Shown piece after piece: positions 10,220-19,000 of a DNA stretch of 64,000 nucleotides. Origin of the DNA: Candidatus Micrarchaeota archaeon. GTDB taxonomy: Archaea > Micrarchaeota > Micrarchaeia > Anstonellales > Bilamarchaeaceae. The notes below the pieces were generated by a model. The model was not told where the DNA came from, searched no databases, and was given only the letters and a program-made list of their open reading frames with translations. The position numbers and the translations under genes are program-made. The stretch spans positions 1,489 to 65,488 of the forward strand of contig CAZBAM010000003.1 of assembly GCA_964490215.1 (NCBI GenBank), written 5' to 3'. Numbering within the stretch: position 1 is the stretch's first letter; the number at the start of each line of letters is the position of its first letter.

Positions 10220-11275
10220 TCAGACCAGCTTCCTGGCAGCGAACAACTCAGCCTGCAGCATGCCGTTGCCAGCCGCGCCGCGGACCAGGTTGTGGGAGAG
10301 GCAGGTGTATTTTACCCCGAGGACCGGGTCCTGGCGGATTCTTCCGATGACGACGCTCATGCCATTGCCCTCAAACACGTCCATCCTCGGCTGTGGCCTG
10401 TTGTTCTCTTCCCTGACCACGATAGGCCTGACTGCGGACGGGAGCCCGAGCTTTTGCGTCTCTGCGGTGAACGAGCCCAGCGTTTTCTTCACTTCCTCCA
10501 CAGAAGGCCGTTTTTCAAGCTCTACGACTACCGTTTCCGTGTGCCCGTCCGCGACCGGAACGCGGTTGCACGAAGCGCTGATTACGACCGGGTCTTCCTT
10601 CACTGCGCCGTTTTGCAGGGAACCAAGGATTTTTTTCGGCTCGCGCTCCAGTTTCTCCTCTTCCCCGCCGATGAACGGTATGACGTTGCCAATCGCGTCC
10701 AGCGAGGCTACGCCTGGGTAGCCGGCTCCGCTGAGCGCCTGCATCGTAGACACGACGACCCTCTTCAAGCCGTATTTTTTGAGCGGGAAGAGGCTGAGGA
10801 CCAGCTGGGTGGTTGAACAATTCGGGTCCGTGGTGATGAAGCCGCTCCAGCCACGCCTTTCCTTTTGTATCCTGATGAGTTCCGCGTGCTCCGGGTTCAC
10901 CTCCGGGACGATGAGCGGGACGTCCGGCTCCATGCGGTTGTCGCTCGCTTTTGAGAACACGCCCAGCCCCTCGCGCGCAAGGTCCTGCTCCACTGTTTTC
11001 GCGAGGCCGCCGGGGAGGCAGGAGAAAACGAAGTCCGCGTCGCACCCAGAAACGATTCCCTTCGCGCTGCCTTCCAGGAGCGTCATCCGCGCCGCTTCAG
11101 CGCCAAGCGGGGTTTCCACGTGCCAGTTCACGGCTTCGCCGTATTTCCTGCCAGCGTTCTTTTCGCTGGCGGCGACTGCCACCAGTTCGAACCAAGGGTG
11201 CTTTTCAAGCATTGACACTATCCGTTGGCCGACCAGGCCGGTGGCTCCCAGCACTACGACTCCCTTTTTGTTCAT
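10220..11275 (-). CDS. asd: Aspartate-semialdehyde dehydrogenase
   Basis: VLGATGLVGQ, PLIVPEVN, DPNCST catalytic Cys, QALSGAG, SHNLVRGAAG. Confidence 0.96.
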   Translation of the reverse strand: MNKKGVVVLGATGLVGQRIVSMLEKHPWFELVAVAASEKNAGRKYGEAVNWHVETPLGAEAARMTLLEGSAKGIVSGCDADFVFSCLPGGLAKTVEQDLAREGLGVFSKASDNRMEPDVPLIVPEVNPEHAELIRIQKERRGWSGFITTDPNCSTTQLVLSLFPLKKYGLKRVVVSTMQALSGAGYPGVASLDAIGNVIPFIGGEEEKLEREPKKILGSLQNGAVKEDPVVISASCNRVPVADGHTETVVVELEKRPSVEEVKKTLGSFTAETQKLGLPSAVRPIVVREENNRPQPRMDVFEGNGMSVVIGRIRQDPVLGVKYTCLSHNLVRGAAGNGMLQAELFAARKLV

Positions 11276-11286
11276 GCAATCACTTT

Positions 11287-12621
11287 TCAATCAGTTTTCT
11301 CAATCAGTTTTCGGTGCAACTCATTTAAACATTCTTTCATCTTCCCTGCCGGCATGACGAAGGATATGCTCGCGTTTCCTGCGTCCTGGGAAACGAGCCT
11401 GACGTCGCTGCTGTTCCCGGCCAGGTACGAGAACAATTCCGGCGCGCCGTTCTGGCGCAGCCCCTCTCCGACCACGCCTATCCTGCAAACGTCCCTCTCC
11501 ACAGTGACTTCCTCTATGTCCTTGACCCCCTTCATGGCTTCCACAGCTTTCCCTGTTTCATCCGGGCTGGTAGTGAAGGATATGTCCACCTCGCTGGTGG
11601 AAATCAGGTCTACGCTCACGTTGGCTTTCGCGAGGGCGCTGAATACGCTGGCTGCCATTCCTGGAGCGGCAGCGAACGCAGCTTCGCGCACGGTTATTAT
11701 TGAAGCCGGTTTTCCGGCAACTGCTTTCGCGCCCCTGGCCGCTGCCTTTTCCGTGACCACGGTGCCTCTTTCCAGCGGCTTGAGGACGTTCTTGATGAAA
11801 ACCAGCGTGGACGTGCCCCTGAGCGGCAGGACCGCCCTCGGATGCATGACCTTGGCGCCCAGATAGCCGAGTTCCTCGACTTCGTTGAAGCTGAGGGAAT
11901 CGATAAACCTCGCTTTTGCAACCATCTTCGGGTCGGCGGTCAGGAAGCCAGACACGTCCTTCCAGAACTCCACGGCATCGGCCTGAAGGCACGCCGCAAC
12001 CACTCCGGCCGAATAATCGCTGCCGCCGCGTCCGAACAGGACCACCCCGCCTTTTTTTGAAACCCCGTAATAGCCGGTCAGCACTACGACGCCGGTTTCC
12101 AGCAGCGGCCTGAGCCTGACCTGCAGGTTTTCCCGCGTTTCACGGATGTCGGCCACGCCCTTGTCGCCGCTGCCGTTCGCGACGATGCCGGCGCCTTCCG
12201 AGTCCAGCGCGACCGCCCTGACCCCGGCTTTCGCCAGGAACCCTTCCAGGAGGATTGCGCTGAGCCTCTCGCCGAAGCTCTGCACGAAGGGTGAGGCGCC
12301 GATGCCAGCGCTCTCGCCGCGCATCTGCATCTTTTCCAGCGACGCGCGAAGCGAGTTTCGGAGCGAGTCTCTGAGCGAGTTGATTTTGTCTCGCGTGCCT
12401 GAACCGAGCTGTCCGGCAATGCGCGCGTGTTTTTCAAATATCGCGTCAAAGTCTTTTCCGCCGCGCGCGGCTATCAATTCGTTCGTGGTGCCGAACGTGG
12501 CGGACACGACCGCGGCTATCCGCTCGCCCTTCGCGGCCTTGTCGCGTATTATCCCAGCGACCCTGGCGTAGTCATCAGCGTTGCTGAGGGTACTGCCACC
12601 GAATTTCGCCACGACGAGCAT
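11287..12621 (-). CDS. lysC: Aspartate kinase with C-terminal ACT domains
   Basis: VAKFGGST, SFGERLS, GRGGSDYSA, WKDVSGFLTADP, ELGYLGAKVMHPRA. Confidence 0.93.
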   Translation of the reverse strand: MLVVAKFGGSTLSNADDYARVAGIIRDKAAKGERIAAVVSATFGTTNELIAARGGKDFDAIFEKHARIAGQLGSGTRDKINSLRDSLRNSLRASLEKMQMRGESAGIGASPFVQSFGERLSAILLEGFLAKAGVRAVALDSEGAGIVANGSGDKGVADIRETRENLQVRLRPLLETGVVVLTGYYGVSKKGGVVLFGRGGSDYSAGVVAACLQADAVEFWKDVSGFLTADPKMVAKARFIDSLSFNEVEELGYLGAKVMHPRAVLPLRGTSTLVFIKNVLKPLERGTVVTEKAAARGAKAVAGKPASIITVREAAFAAAPGMAASVFSALAKANVSVDLISTSEVDISFTTSPDETGKAVEAMKGVKDIEEVTVERDVCRIGVVGEGLRQNGAPELFSYLAGNSSDVRLVSQDAGNASISFVMPAGKMKECLNELHRKLIEKTD

Positions 12622-12792
12622 TAACGATATTATTTGGACGACGATTTAAAGAACTTGCGATAGGGATAACTGGCAAAACGCCTTGTCTTTTGCCTGCTGG
12701 CAAAAACAGGCGATTTCCCATGAGATTTATCGTAGCCGAACCGCAGGGAGGCCGTGAATCGGTTTTTTGGTTCTTTTTTCCTAAAAAAGAAC

Positions 12793-12805
12793 ACGCCTTG
12801 GCCGG
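12793..12805 (-). repeat. att-like duplicate of the tRNA-Asp 3' terminus
   Basis: Exact match to 15897-15909, same orientation, downstream of the tRNA. Confidence 0.7.
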
Positions 12806-13091
12806 TGAATAAAGCTGCCTTTGTTTTCCTACCTCGGAGAAACAACATCAAGCAGGTATATACAGGATATTGCAGGAAGAATTTTTATTCGTTTTGGAGA
12901 CCCCCCGTCTCAAAGTAAGAGATAAAAAGACAAGCAGGCCAGATATATCCTTGATCCAAATGGAAGCGGGGGTAGTGAAAGAATGAAATCGGCCAGATCG
13001 GGAAGTAATGACCGGATCAAGGCCTCGGAGTTAAAGACGATGATTTCAGGATTAGGAGAATGCGAATCGCGAGGATTTCCTGCCCCTCCTT

Positions 13092-13394
13092 ATGGTCATG
13101 GAATCCGCCATAATGCAGTTCTACCGCAGCCACAGGGAAATCAGGGACGAGGAGGTGCTGGCCTCCCTGAAAGATATCCGGGATGCTCCCGGCCATCCTT
13201 CCGATGATGAGCTTTCCGAAGAAATCCGCGATGAGATACGGAAGATTCTTGTCAAAACGCACAAATATGACGAACGGGACGTTTCCCTTGCCGCCTCATA
13301 TGTCCTCAACTCGGTCAAGCGGCATCATTCATCCGGCGGGAGCCGCGGGTACCTGGAGTTCATGGACGGGATTTTCGGGAAGTCCCTGGAATGA
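13092..13394 (+). CDS. Hypothetical protein in islet, possibly 5'-frameshifted
   Basis: 100-aa ORF; protein-like reading ENANREDFLPLL continues upstream to a TAG at 13053. Confidence 0.5.
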   Translation: MVMESAIMQFYRSHREIRDEEVLASLKDIRDAPGHPSDDELSEEIRDEIRKILVKTHKYDERDVSLAASYVLNSVKRHHSSGGSRGYLEFMDGIFGKSLE

Positions 13395-13424
13395 CGATGC
13401 GAAAGAGTATTTTGAGGAAATGTT

Positions 13425-14993
13425 ATGCTTGTTACCACTGGAGATATAGAGCTCAATCCGGAGTTTCAGAAAGCATTCGACCTGATGGAGAACAGTTCCC
13501 ATAGTGTTTTTGTAACCGGCAGGGCAGGGACGGGGAAATCGACGCTGCTGCAATACTTCCGGGGTAGCAGCAGGAAAAACCTGGTGGTCCTTGCGCCTAC
13601 GGGCGTTGCGGCGCTGAACGTGCTGGGCCAGACCATTCATTCATTTTTCCATTTCAAGCCGGACATACTGCCTGATTCGGTGCGGAAATTCAAAAATAAT
13701 GGAACCTACAAGATGATTGATGCCATCGTCATCGATGAAATCTCGATGACGCGCGCGGACCTCCTCGACTGCGTGGACAGGTTCATGCGCCTCAATGGCA
13801 GGGACAGGCAAAAGCCGTTCGGCGGATGCCAGATGATCTTCATCGGGGACCTGTACCAGCTGCCGCCGGTGGTCGGCGGCAGGGAAAAAGAGCTGTTCAG
13901 TACGCATTATGCCGGGCCTTATTTTTTCAATTCCGAGGCGATGAAAACTTTTGAGATGGAGTTCGTGGAGCTTGAGAAAAATTACCGGCAGAAGGACGAG
14001 AAGTTCATCAGCATCCTGAACAGCATCAGGAACAACACTCCGACACCAGATGATCTTGAAATGCTGAATACCCGGTTAAACCCTAATTTCACTCCGCCCG
14101 AAAACGAGTTTTACGTTACTCTTACAACCACAAACGCTGATGCGGATGCCGTCAATGAGCATAAGCTCTCGCTGCTCCCGCACAAGGCATTTGTATACCG
14201 GGCTGAGATAAGAGGATCGATAAGTCCGGCCCACTATCCGACAAGCGAGAAGCTTTCCCTGAAAAAGGGCGCCCAGGTGATGCTGCTGAATAACGACTCC
14301 GGCAAAAGATGGGTTAACGGAAGCATGGGGAAAATCACAGATATACGGCATTCTGAAGATGAGGATATAATCGTCGTCCAGTTGACTTCCGGTGAAAAAG
14401 TGCAGGTCGCGCCGCACAAGTGGGAGGTTTTCGATTTTTTCTTTGATAGGAAGGCAAACAGGATTGAAGCTGACGTTATCGGTTCCTTTACCCAATATCC
14501 GCTCAGGCTTGCATGGGCAGTGACAATACACAAGGCCCAGGGCAAGACCTTCGATCGGGTGGTACTCGATATCGGGAAAGGCACATTTGTGCATGGCCAG
14601 GCGTATGTCGCTTTAAGCCGGTGCAGGACCCTGGACGGGATCGTGCTGAAAAAGCCGCTTGAGAAAAAACACGTTTACATGGACTGGCGCGTGGTGAAAT
14701 TCCAGACTAATTTCCAGTACCGGAAATCTGAGGAGGCGCTGCCCCTCGCAGAAAAGATAGCGCTGATAGAGGAGGCAATCGCAGGCAGGTTTCCCCTCGA
14801 AATCACCTACCTCAAGGCGAACGACATCAAGAGCAGGAGGATAGTTCTCCCGAAGAAAGTCGGGGAGTTTGAATACATGGGAAAAAGCTTCCTCGGGCTT
14901 GCGGCCTATTGCATGAAAAGGAAGGAGGATCGGAACTTCAGGATAGACCGGATGCTGGAAATAAAGCAGGTACGGAAAGAAAAGGAAAGATAA
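13425..14993 (+). CDS. Pif1-family (SF1B) helicase fused to a C-terminal WYL domain
   Basis: GRAGTGKST, APTGVAA, DEISM, GDLYQLPPV, NYRQ, QYPLRLAWAVTIHKAQG, GQAYVALSR; C-terminal LEITY..SRRIVLP..L.AYC..RKEDRNFRIDRM. Confidence 0.9.
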   Translation: MLVTTGDIELNPEFQKAFDLMENSSHSVFVTGRAGTGKSTLLQYFRGSSRKNLVVLAPTGVAALNVLGQTIHSFFHFKPDILPDSVRKFKNNGTYKMIDAIVIDEISMTRADLLDCVDRFMRLNGRDRQKPFGGCQMIFIGDLYQLPPVVGGREKELFSTHYAGPYFFNSEAMKTFEMEFVELEKNYRQKDEKFISILNSIRNNTPTPDDLEMLNTRLNPNFTPPENEFYVTLTTTNADADAVNEHKLSLLPHKAFVYRAEIRGSISPAHYPTSEKLSLKKGAQVMLLNNDSGKRWVNGSMGKITDIRHSEDEDIIVVQLTSGEKVQVAPHKWEVFDFFFDRKANRIEADVIGSFTQYPLRLAWAVTIHKAQGKTFDRVVLDIGKGTFVHGQAYVALSRCRTLDGIVLKKPLEKKHVYMDWRVVKFQTNFQYRKSEEALPLAEKIALIEEAIAGRFPLEITYLKANDIKSRRIVLPKKVGEFEYMGKSFLGLAAYCMKRKEDRNFRIDRMLEIKQVRKEKER

Positions 14994-15049
14994 TCTTGCC
15001 GTCGGATGGCTTAAAAATCATTACCAGCTTAATTTCAATCGGTGTTAAG

Positions 15050-15343
15050 ATGAAAGATATAGATTCTATAACGCGTATCCTGGCCGGCCACAGGAAGGAC
15101 ATCGCCGAAAGGTTCAAAGTTAAGGAGATTGGCGTATTCGGTTCCTATGTGCGGGGCGAGCAGGACCGGAAAAGCGACATCGACGTGCTGGTTTCGTTCA
15201 CGGAACCTATCGGTCTCTTCCAGTTCATGGAGCTTGAGGAATACCTTGGTAGCATCCTTGGGACGAAGGTAGACCTCGTTTCGAAAAAGGCGCTTAAGCC
15301 ATACATCGGCGCACGCATACTGAAGGAGGCCGTTTTCGTATGA
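15050..15343 (+). CDS. mntA: Minimal nucleotidyltransferase (MNT) antitoxin
   Basis: IGVFGSYVRGEQ..SDIDVLV..VDLV motif; ATG at 15050. Confidence 0.9.
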   Translation: MKDIDSITRILAGHRKDIAERFKVKEIGVFGSYVRGEQDRKSDIDVLVSFTEPIGLFQFMELEEYLGSILGTKVDLVSKKALKPYIGARILKEAVFV

Positions 15344-15693
15344 AAGGAGAGCGGGATTTCCGTGATTATCTCGCGGACATCCTCCGCTCGGTAAACGAGA
15401 TCGAGAGCTTCATCGATGGGGTGGATCGCAAGAGTTTTTCTGCAGATCGGAAAACGGTAAACGCGGTCGTGCGGAGCCTGGAAGTCATCGGAGAAGCAGC
15501 TAAGAAAATTCCAGAAACGGTGAAGGAAAAGCACCCGGAGATCCCATGGAAAGAGATGTCCGGGATGCGGGACAAGCTTATCCACGAATACTTCGGGGTG
15601 GATGAGGATATCGTCTGGACGGTCGCTACTCAAGAGCTTCTGCCTTTGAAACCCGCGCTTGAGTTGCTTTTGAAAGAGCACGGAGTGAAATAA
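15340..15693 (+). CDS. hepT: HEPN (DUF86) RNase toxin
   Basis: LEVIGEAAKKIP, HPEIPWKEMSGMRDKLIHEYFGVD (Rx4H motif); ATGA overlap with MNT. Confidence 0.9.
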   Translation: MKGERDFRDYLADILRSVNEIESFIDGVDRKSFSADRKTVNAVVRSLEVIGEAAKKIPETVKEKHPEIPWKEMSGMRDKLIHEYFGVDEDIVWTVATQELLPLKPALELLLKEHGVK

Positions 15694-15897
15694 CCCAAAT
15701 GCATACTGGATACGGACTGGAAACTGGCGCTGGTGAAGGACTGACTGATTTTGAGGCCACATACCAGAGAGCTGTCAATCCGCTACCGGAAAGGTGGATT
15801 TAATGGCCATACAGAGCCTACAATTTCGCTCCGTACTTCTTCTCAAACTGTTTCGCGCCCTGCTTTCCGAACCCCCTCTTCCGACGTGGGATAAAAA

Positions 15898-16121
15898 CGC
15901 CTTGGCCGGGATTCGAACCCGGGTCGCAAGAGTTCCGTTCCGCCTTACAGCCCGTTTTGGGCCGCCTTTTCCTAAACGCACAAGAACGATGTTTCGTTCT
16001 TGGCGCAGCGGGAACGTATCGACGTTCCCGCACGAGGCGGGATGACAGTCTTGTATGCTAACCATTGAGCGCCGAAGGCGTTCAAATCCCGAACGCATTC
16101 AAGGCTCTACACTACCAAGGC
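15898..16121 (-). tRNA. tRNA-Asp(GUC) with two introns (exons 16121-16107, 16064-16043, 15932-15898)
   Basis: Spliced 72-nt cloverleaf: GCCTTGG/CCAAGGC acceptor, CAAGA-CTGTCAC-TCTTG anticodon arm, GGTTCGAATCC T arm; 42-nt intron at 15/16 and 110-nt intron at 37/38 with relaxed BHB junctions. Confidence 0.93.
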
Positions 16122-16240
16122 ATGATACGCGAAACATGTCACACGCGGAACTCCGCAGCTTCCGCGCCTGAAGAGTTATGTCTTTCTGCTGACTTACTTT
16201 TAAAAAACAATCGCCGGCTCCTGAGGATTCCGACGGGTGG

Positions 16241-16257
16241 AAGAAAACCTTTATAAT
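16241..16257 (+). promoter_or_regulatory. BRE/TATA-like promoter for purH
   Basis: AAGAAAAC-CTTTATAAT about 35 nt upstream of the ATG. Confidence 0.5.
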
Positions 16258-16290
16258 GAGGAAATCTCATAGTATTTAACTGGTTCTTCT

Positions 16291-17841
16291 ATGCGGGTAA
16301 AAAGGGCACTCATCAGTGTTTACAATAAGGATGGCGTGACCGGGCTGGCCAGGGCCCTGGCAGAGCTCGGCATAGAAATCGTCTCCAGCGGCGGCACCGC
16401 GAAACTGCTTTCCGAGAGCGGCATAAAGGTCATTGACGTTTCCGACTTCACCGGCTCTCCTGAGATAATGGACGGCCGGGTGAAGACGCTGCACCCGAAG
16501 ATACACGGAGCCATACTCGCCGACCGCAACAACCTCCAGCACCTGGAGGAGGCGAAGAAGCTCGGCATAAGGTTCATAGACCTGGTGGTGGTAAACCTCT
16601 ACCCGTTTGAGGAAACGGTGCTGAAAGGCGGCGGGCTCAGGGACGCGATGGAGAAGATAGACATCGGCGGCCCCACGCTCATCCGGGCCGCAGCGAAAAA
16701 CTGCGCGGCCGTGGCCGTGGTCTGCAACCCTGCCAGGTACGCTGAAATCGCCGAAGAGCTCAGGAAGGCGAAGGGCGAGCTGTCCGACCGGACGCTGGAG
16801 CGGCTGGCCGTGGAGGCCTGGGAGCACGTGGCGCACTACGACGTCGTGATAGAGCAGTTCTTCAGGCGCACGTTCGGCTACCAGGACGAGTTCCCTGAAT
16901 ACCTGAACCTCACGTTCCACAAGAAGCAGGACCTGCGCTACGGCGAGAACCCGCACCAGCGCGCCGCATTATACCGCGACGAGCACTACCGCAACCCGTC
17001 CGTGCTTGACGCGCCGCAGCTCCAGGGCAAGGTGCTGTCCTACAACAACGTGCTGGACTGCAACTCCGCGTTCAAGATAATCCGCGAGTTCGACGAGCCG
17101 ACCGCGGTCATAGTCAAGCACAACAACCCCTGCGGCGTCGCGTCGGCAGCTGACATACTCACGGCCTACAAGATGGCAAAGGCAGTGGACCCCGAGGCCG
17201 CGTTCGGGGGCATAGTCGCGCTCAACCGGCCCGTCGGCGAGGAGCTGGCGAAGGAGATAACCGGAAGGTTCGTGGAAATCGTCATGGCGCCGGAATTCTC
17301 AGCAGGCGCGCTCGAGGTGTTCAAGGGAAAGAAGAACATCCGCGTCTTTGAGAACAAGGGCACGACCGTTAAGCGCATGCCATACCGGAAATACCGCTCG
17401 GTCCTCGGCGGCCTGCTCGTCCAGGACGCGAACGTGAAGCTCCTGGACGAGGTGCAGGTCGTCACCAAGCGCAAGCCGAGCGAGAGCGAGACGAAGGCGC
17501 TGCGCTACGCCTGGAAAATCGTGAAATACGTCCGGTCCAATGCCATCGTGTACGCGCGCGAGAACCGCGCTGTCGGCATAGGCGCAGGGCAGATGAAGCG
17601 CATAGATGCGGCCAGGCTCGCGGCCATGATAGCCAAGGACAACAAGGAAACGCTCAAAGGCTGCGTCATGGCGAGCGACGCGTTCTTCCCGTTCCGCGAC
17701 GGCATTGATTACGCCGCGTCGCTGGGCATAACCGCTGTCATCCAGCCGGGCGGGTCCATAAACGACAAGGAGGTCATAGCAGCTGCCGACGGGCACGGCA
17801 TGGCCATGGTCTTCACCGGGATACGGCATTTCAGGCATTAG
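16291..17841 (+). CDS. purH: Bifunctional AICAR formyltransferase/IMP cyclohydrolase
   Basis: [57 protein letters not shown]. Confidence 0.97.
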   Translation: MRVKRALISVYNKDGVTGLARALAELGIEIVSSGGTAKLLSESGIKVIDVSDFTGSPEIMDGRVKTLHPKIHGAILADRNNLQHLEEAKKLGIRFIDLVVVNLYPFEETVLKGGGLRDAMEKIDIGGPTLIRAAAKNCAAVAVVCNPARYAEIAEELRKAKGELSDRTLERLAVEAWEHVAHYDVVIEQFFRRTFGYQDEFPEYLNLTFHKKQDLRYGENPHQRAALYRDEHYRNPSVLDAPQLQGKVLSYNNVLDCNSAFKIIREFDEPTAVIVKHNNPCGVASAADILTAYKMAKAVDPEAAFGGIVALNRPVGEELAKEITGRFVEIVMAPEFSAGALEVFKGKKNIRVFENKGTTVKRMPYRKYRSVLGGLLVQDANVKLLDEVQVVTKRKPSESETKALRYAWKIVKYVRSNAIVYARENRAVGIGAGQMKRIDAARLAAMIAKDNKETLKGCVMASDAFFPFRDGIDYAASLGITAVIQPGGSINDKEVIAAADGHGMAMVFTGIRHFRH

Positions 17842-17889
17842 CGCTCTTTTTTTAAATCGTTATGCACACTATAAATATGTGTAATCATT

Positions 17890-18096
17890 ATGAATGCCGT
17901 CCCAAGTCGTCCTGTCCCCCCGCCCATCAGGCCCAGCTGCTTAGCCGTCAGGGACGTGTATAAAAACGACCCCCGGCTGCTTGGCGACCCTGTTCCTTTC
18001 CCGTGCAACCGCCCAATCCACCCCTGGCGCCAGCCCCTGCCCTTCATTGACCGGCTCAAGAAAGCCGCCGCGAGGCTCGTGGGCGCAGACTACTGA
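17890..18096 (+). CDS. Possible small hypothetical protein
   Basis: TATAAATA just upstream; Pro-rich 68 aa; no motif. Confidence 0.3.
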   Translation: MNAVPSRPVPPPIRPSCLAVRDVYKNDPRLLGDPVPFPCNRPIHPWRQPLPFIDRLKKAAARLVGADY

Positions 18097-18992
18097 GCGT
18101 GTTTCCTCTTCCTGTGCTCCAGCGCATGGCACGCCTTCCGGCTCCGGCACGAGCACCCTGACGGCTCCAGCTGCACGGTCACGTGCGAGATGCCGAATTC
18201 GTGGCGCATCTTCTCCTCTATTTCCAGCGAGAGCGCCCGCGCCCTGACTAGTTCCATGTTGTCCGTCTCCACGTGCATCATGGCGAACACGAACTCCGAG
18301 CACGTGCGCCAGACGTGGACGTCGTGCACGCCCTTCACCCCCCTGACCGAGCGGACCGCCCGGCCTATCTTCTCAACTTCGCTCCCGTGCGGCGCTGATT
18401 CCAGCAGTATGGAAAGCGAGCCGCGCAGGATGTTGTAGGCGCTGAACATTATCAGGCCGGATACGAGCAGGCTGACCGCGATGTCTATGACGTACTGCCC
18501 GGTCAGCAGTATGGCCACCGCGCCGATTATCACGCCCACGGAAGAGAGCGCGTCGCCTGCCGCATGCACGAACGCGCTGCGCATGTTCAGGTTCTCCTCG
18601 TGCTGGAGATGGTAGGCCACATAGAGGTTGCCCGCAAGGCCGATGAGCGACGTCAGCAGCATCGGCAGGCCGTTTATGGTGTAGCCTGTGCCGAAGCGGC
18701 CGAACGCCTCGTAGGCGATGAGCAGCGCCATGGCCACGAGCAGCAGGCCGTTGAACGCGGCCGCGAAGACCTCAAGCCGGTGGAAGCCGAACGTCCTGCG
18801 CGACGTGGGCGTGCGCGTCGCGAGCCAGAGCGCGGTGAGCGATGCGCCGATGGCTATCACGTCCGAGAATACGTGGGCGCTGTCGCCCAGGAGCGCAAGG
18901 CTGTTGGAATAGTGCCAGCCCGCGAGCTGCACGACCAGCACCACGGTCGTAACCAGAAACGCCCTTCCGAGTTCCTTTACGCCGTCATCCAT
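18090..18992 (-). CDS. Cation diffusion facilitator (Zn/Co/Cd exporter)
   Basis: SLALLGDSAHVFSD, TFGFHRLE, NMRSAFVHAAGD, HDVHVW, HVTVQLE; real start ATG 18992. Confidence 0.92.
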   Translation of the reverse strand: MDDGVKELGRAFLVTTVVLVVQLAGWHYSNSLALLGDSAHVFSDVIAIGASLTALWLATRTPTSRRTFGFHRLEVFAAAFNGLLLVAMALLIAYEAFGRFGTGYTINGLPMLLTSLIGLAGNLYVAYHLQHEENLNMRSAFVHAAGDALSSVGVIIGAVAILLTGQYVIDIAVSLLVSGLIMFSAYNILRGSLSILLESAPHGSEVEKIGRAVRSVRGVKGVHDVHVWRTCSEFVFAMMHVETDNMELVRARALSLEIEEKMRHEFGISHVTVQLEPSGCSCRSRKACHALEHRKRKHAQ

Positions 18993-19000
18993 GCCGCCAC

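Larger units (their letters stand above)
12793..15909. mobile_element. Relic genomic islet integrated at the tRNA-Asp 3' end (no integrase retained)
   Basis: 13-bp direct repeat ACGCCTTGGCCGG at 12793-12805 and 15897-15909 (tRNA 3' end); visibly more AT-rich than flanks; helicase and TA cargo. Confidence 0.65.

Noticed and set aside
15700-15890. Possible gene remnant at the islet edge
   Set aside because: Short, stop-interrupted reading with no recognisable homology; cannot be called a pseudogene or integrase fragment
16142-16153. 12-mer CACGCGGAACTC upstream of both tRNA genes (also 25588-25599)
   Set aside because: Around a hundred chance 12-mer pairs are expected in 64 kb, and distances to the tRNAs differ
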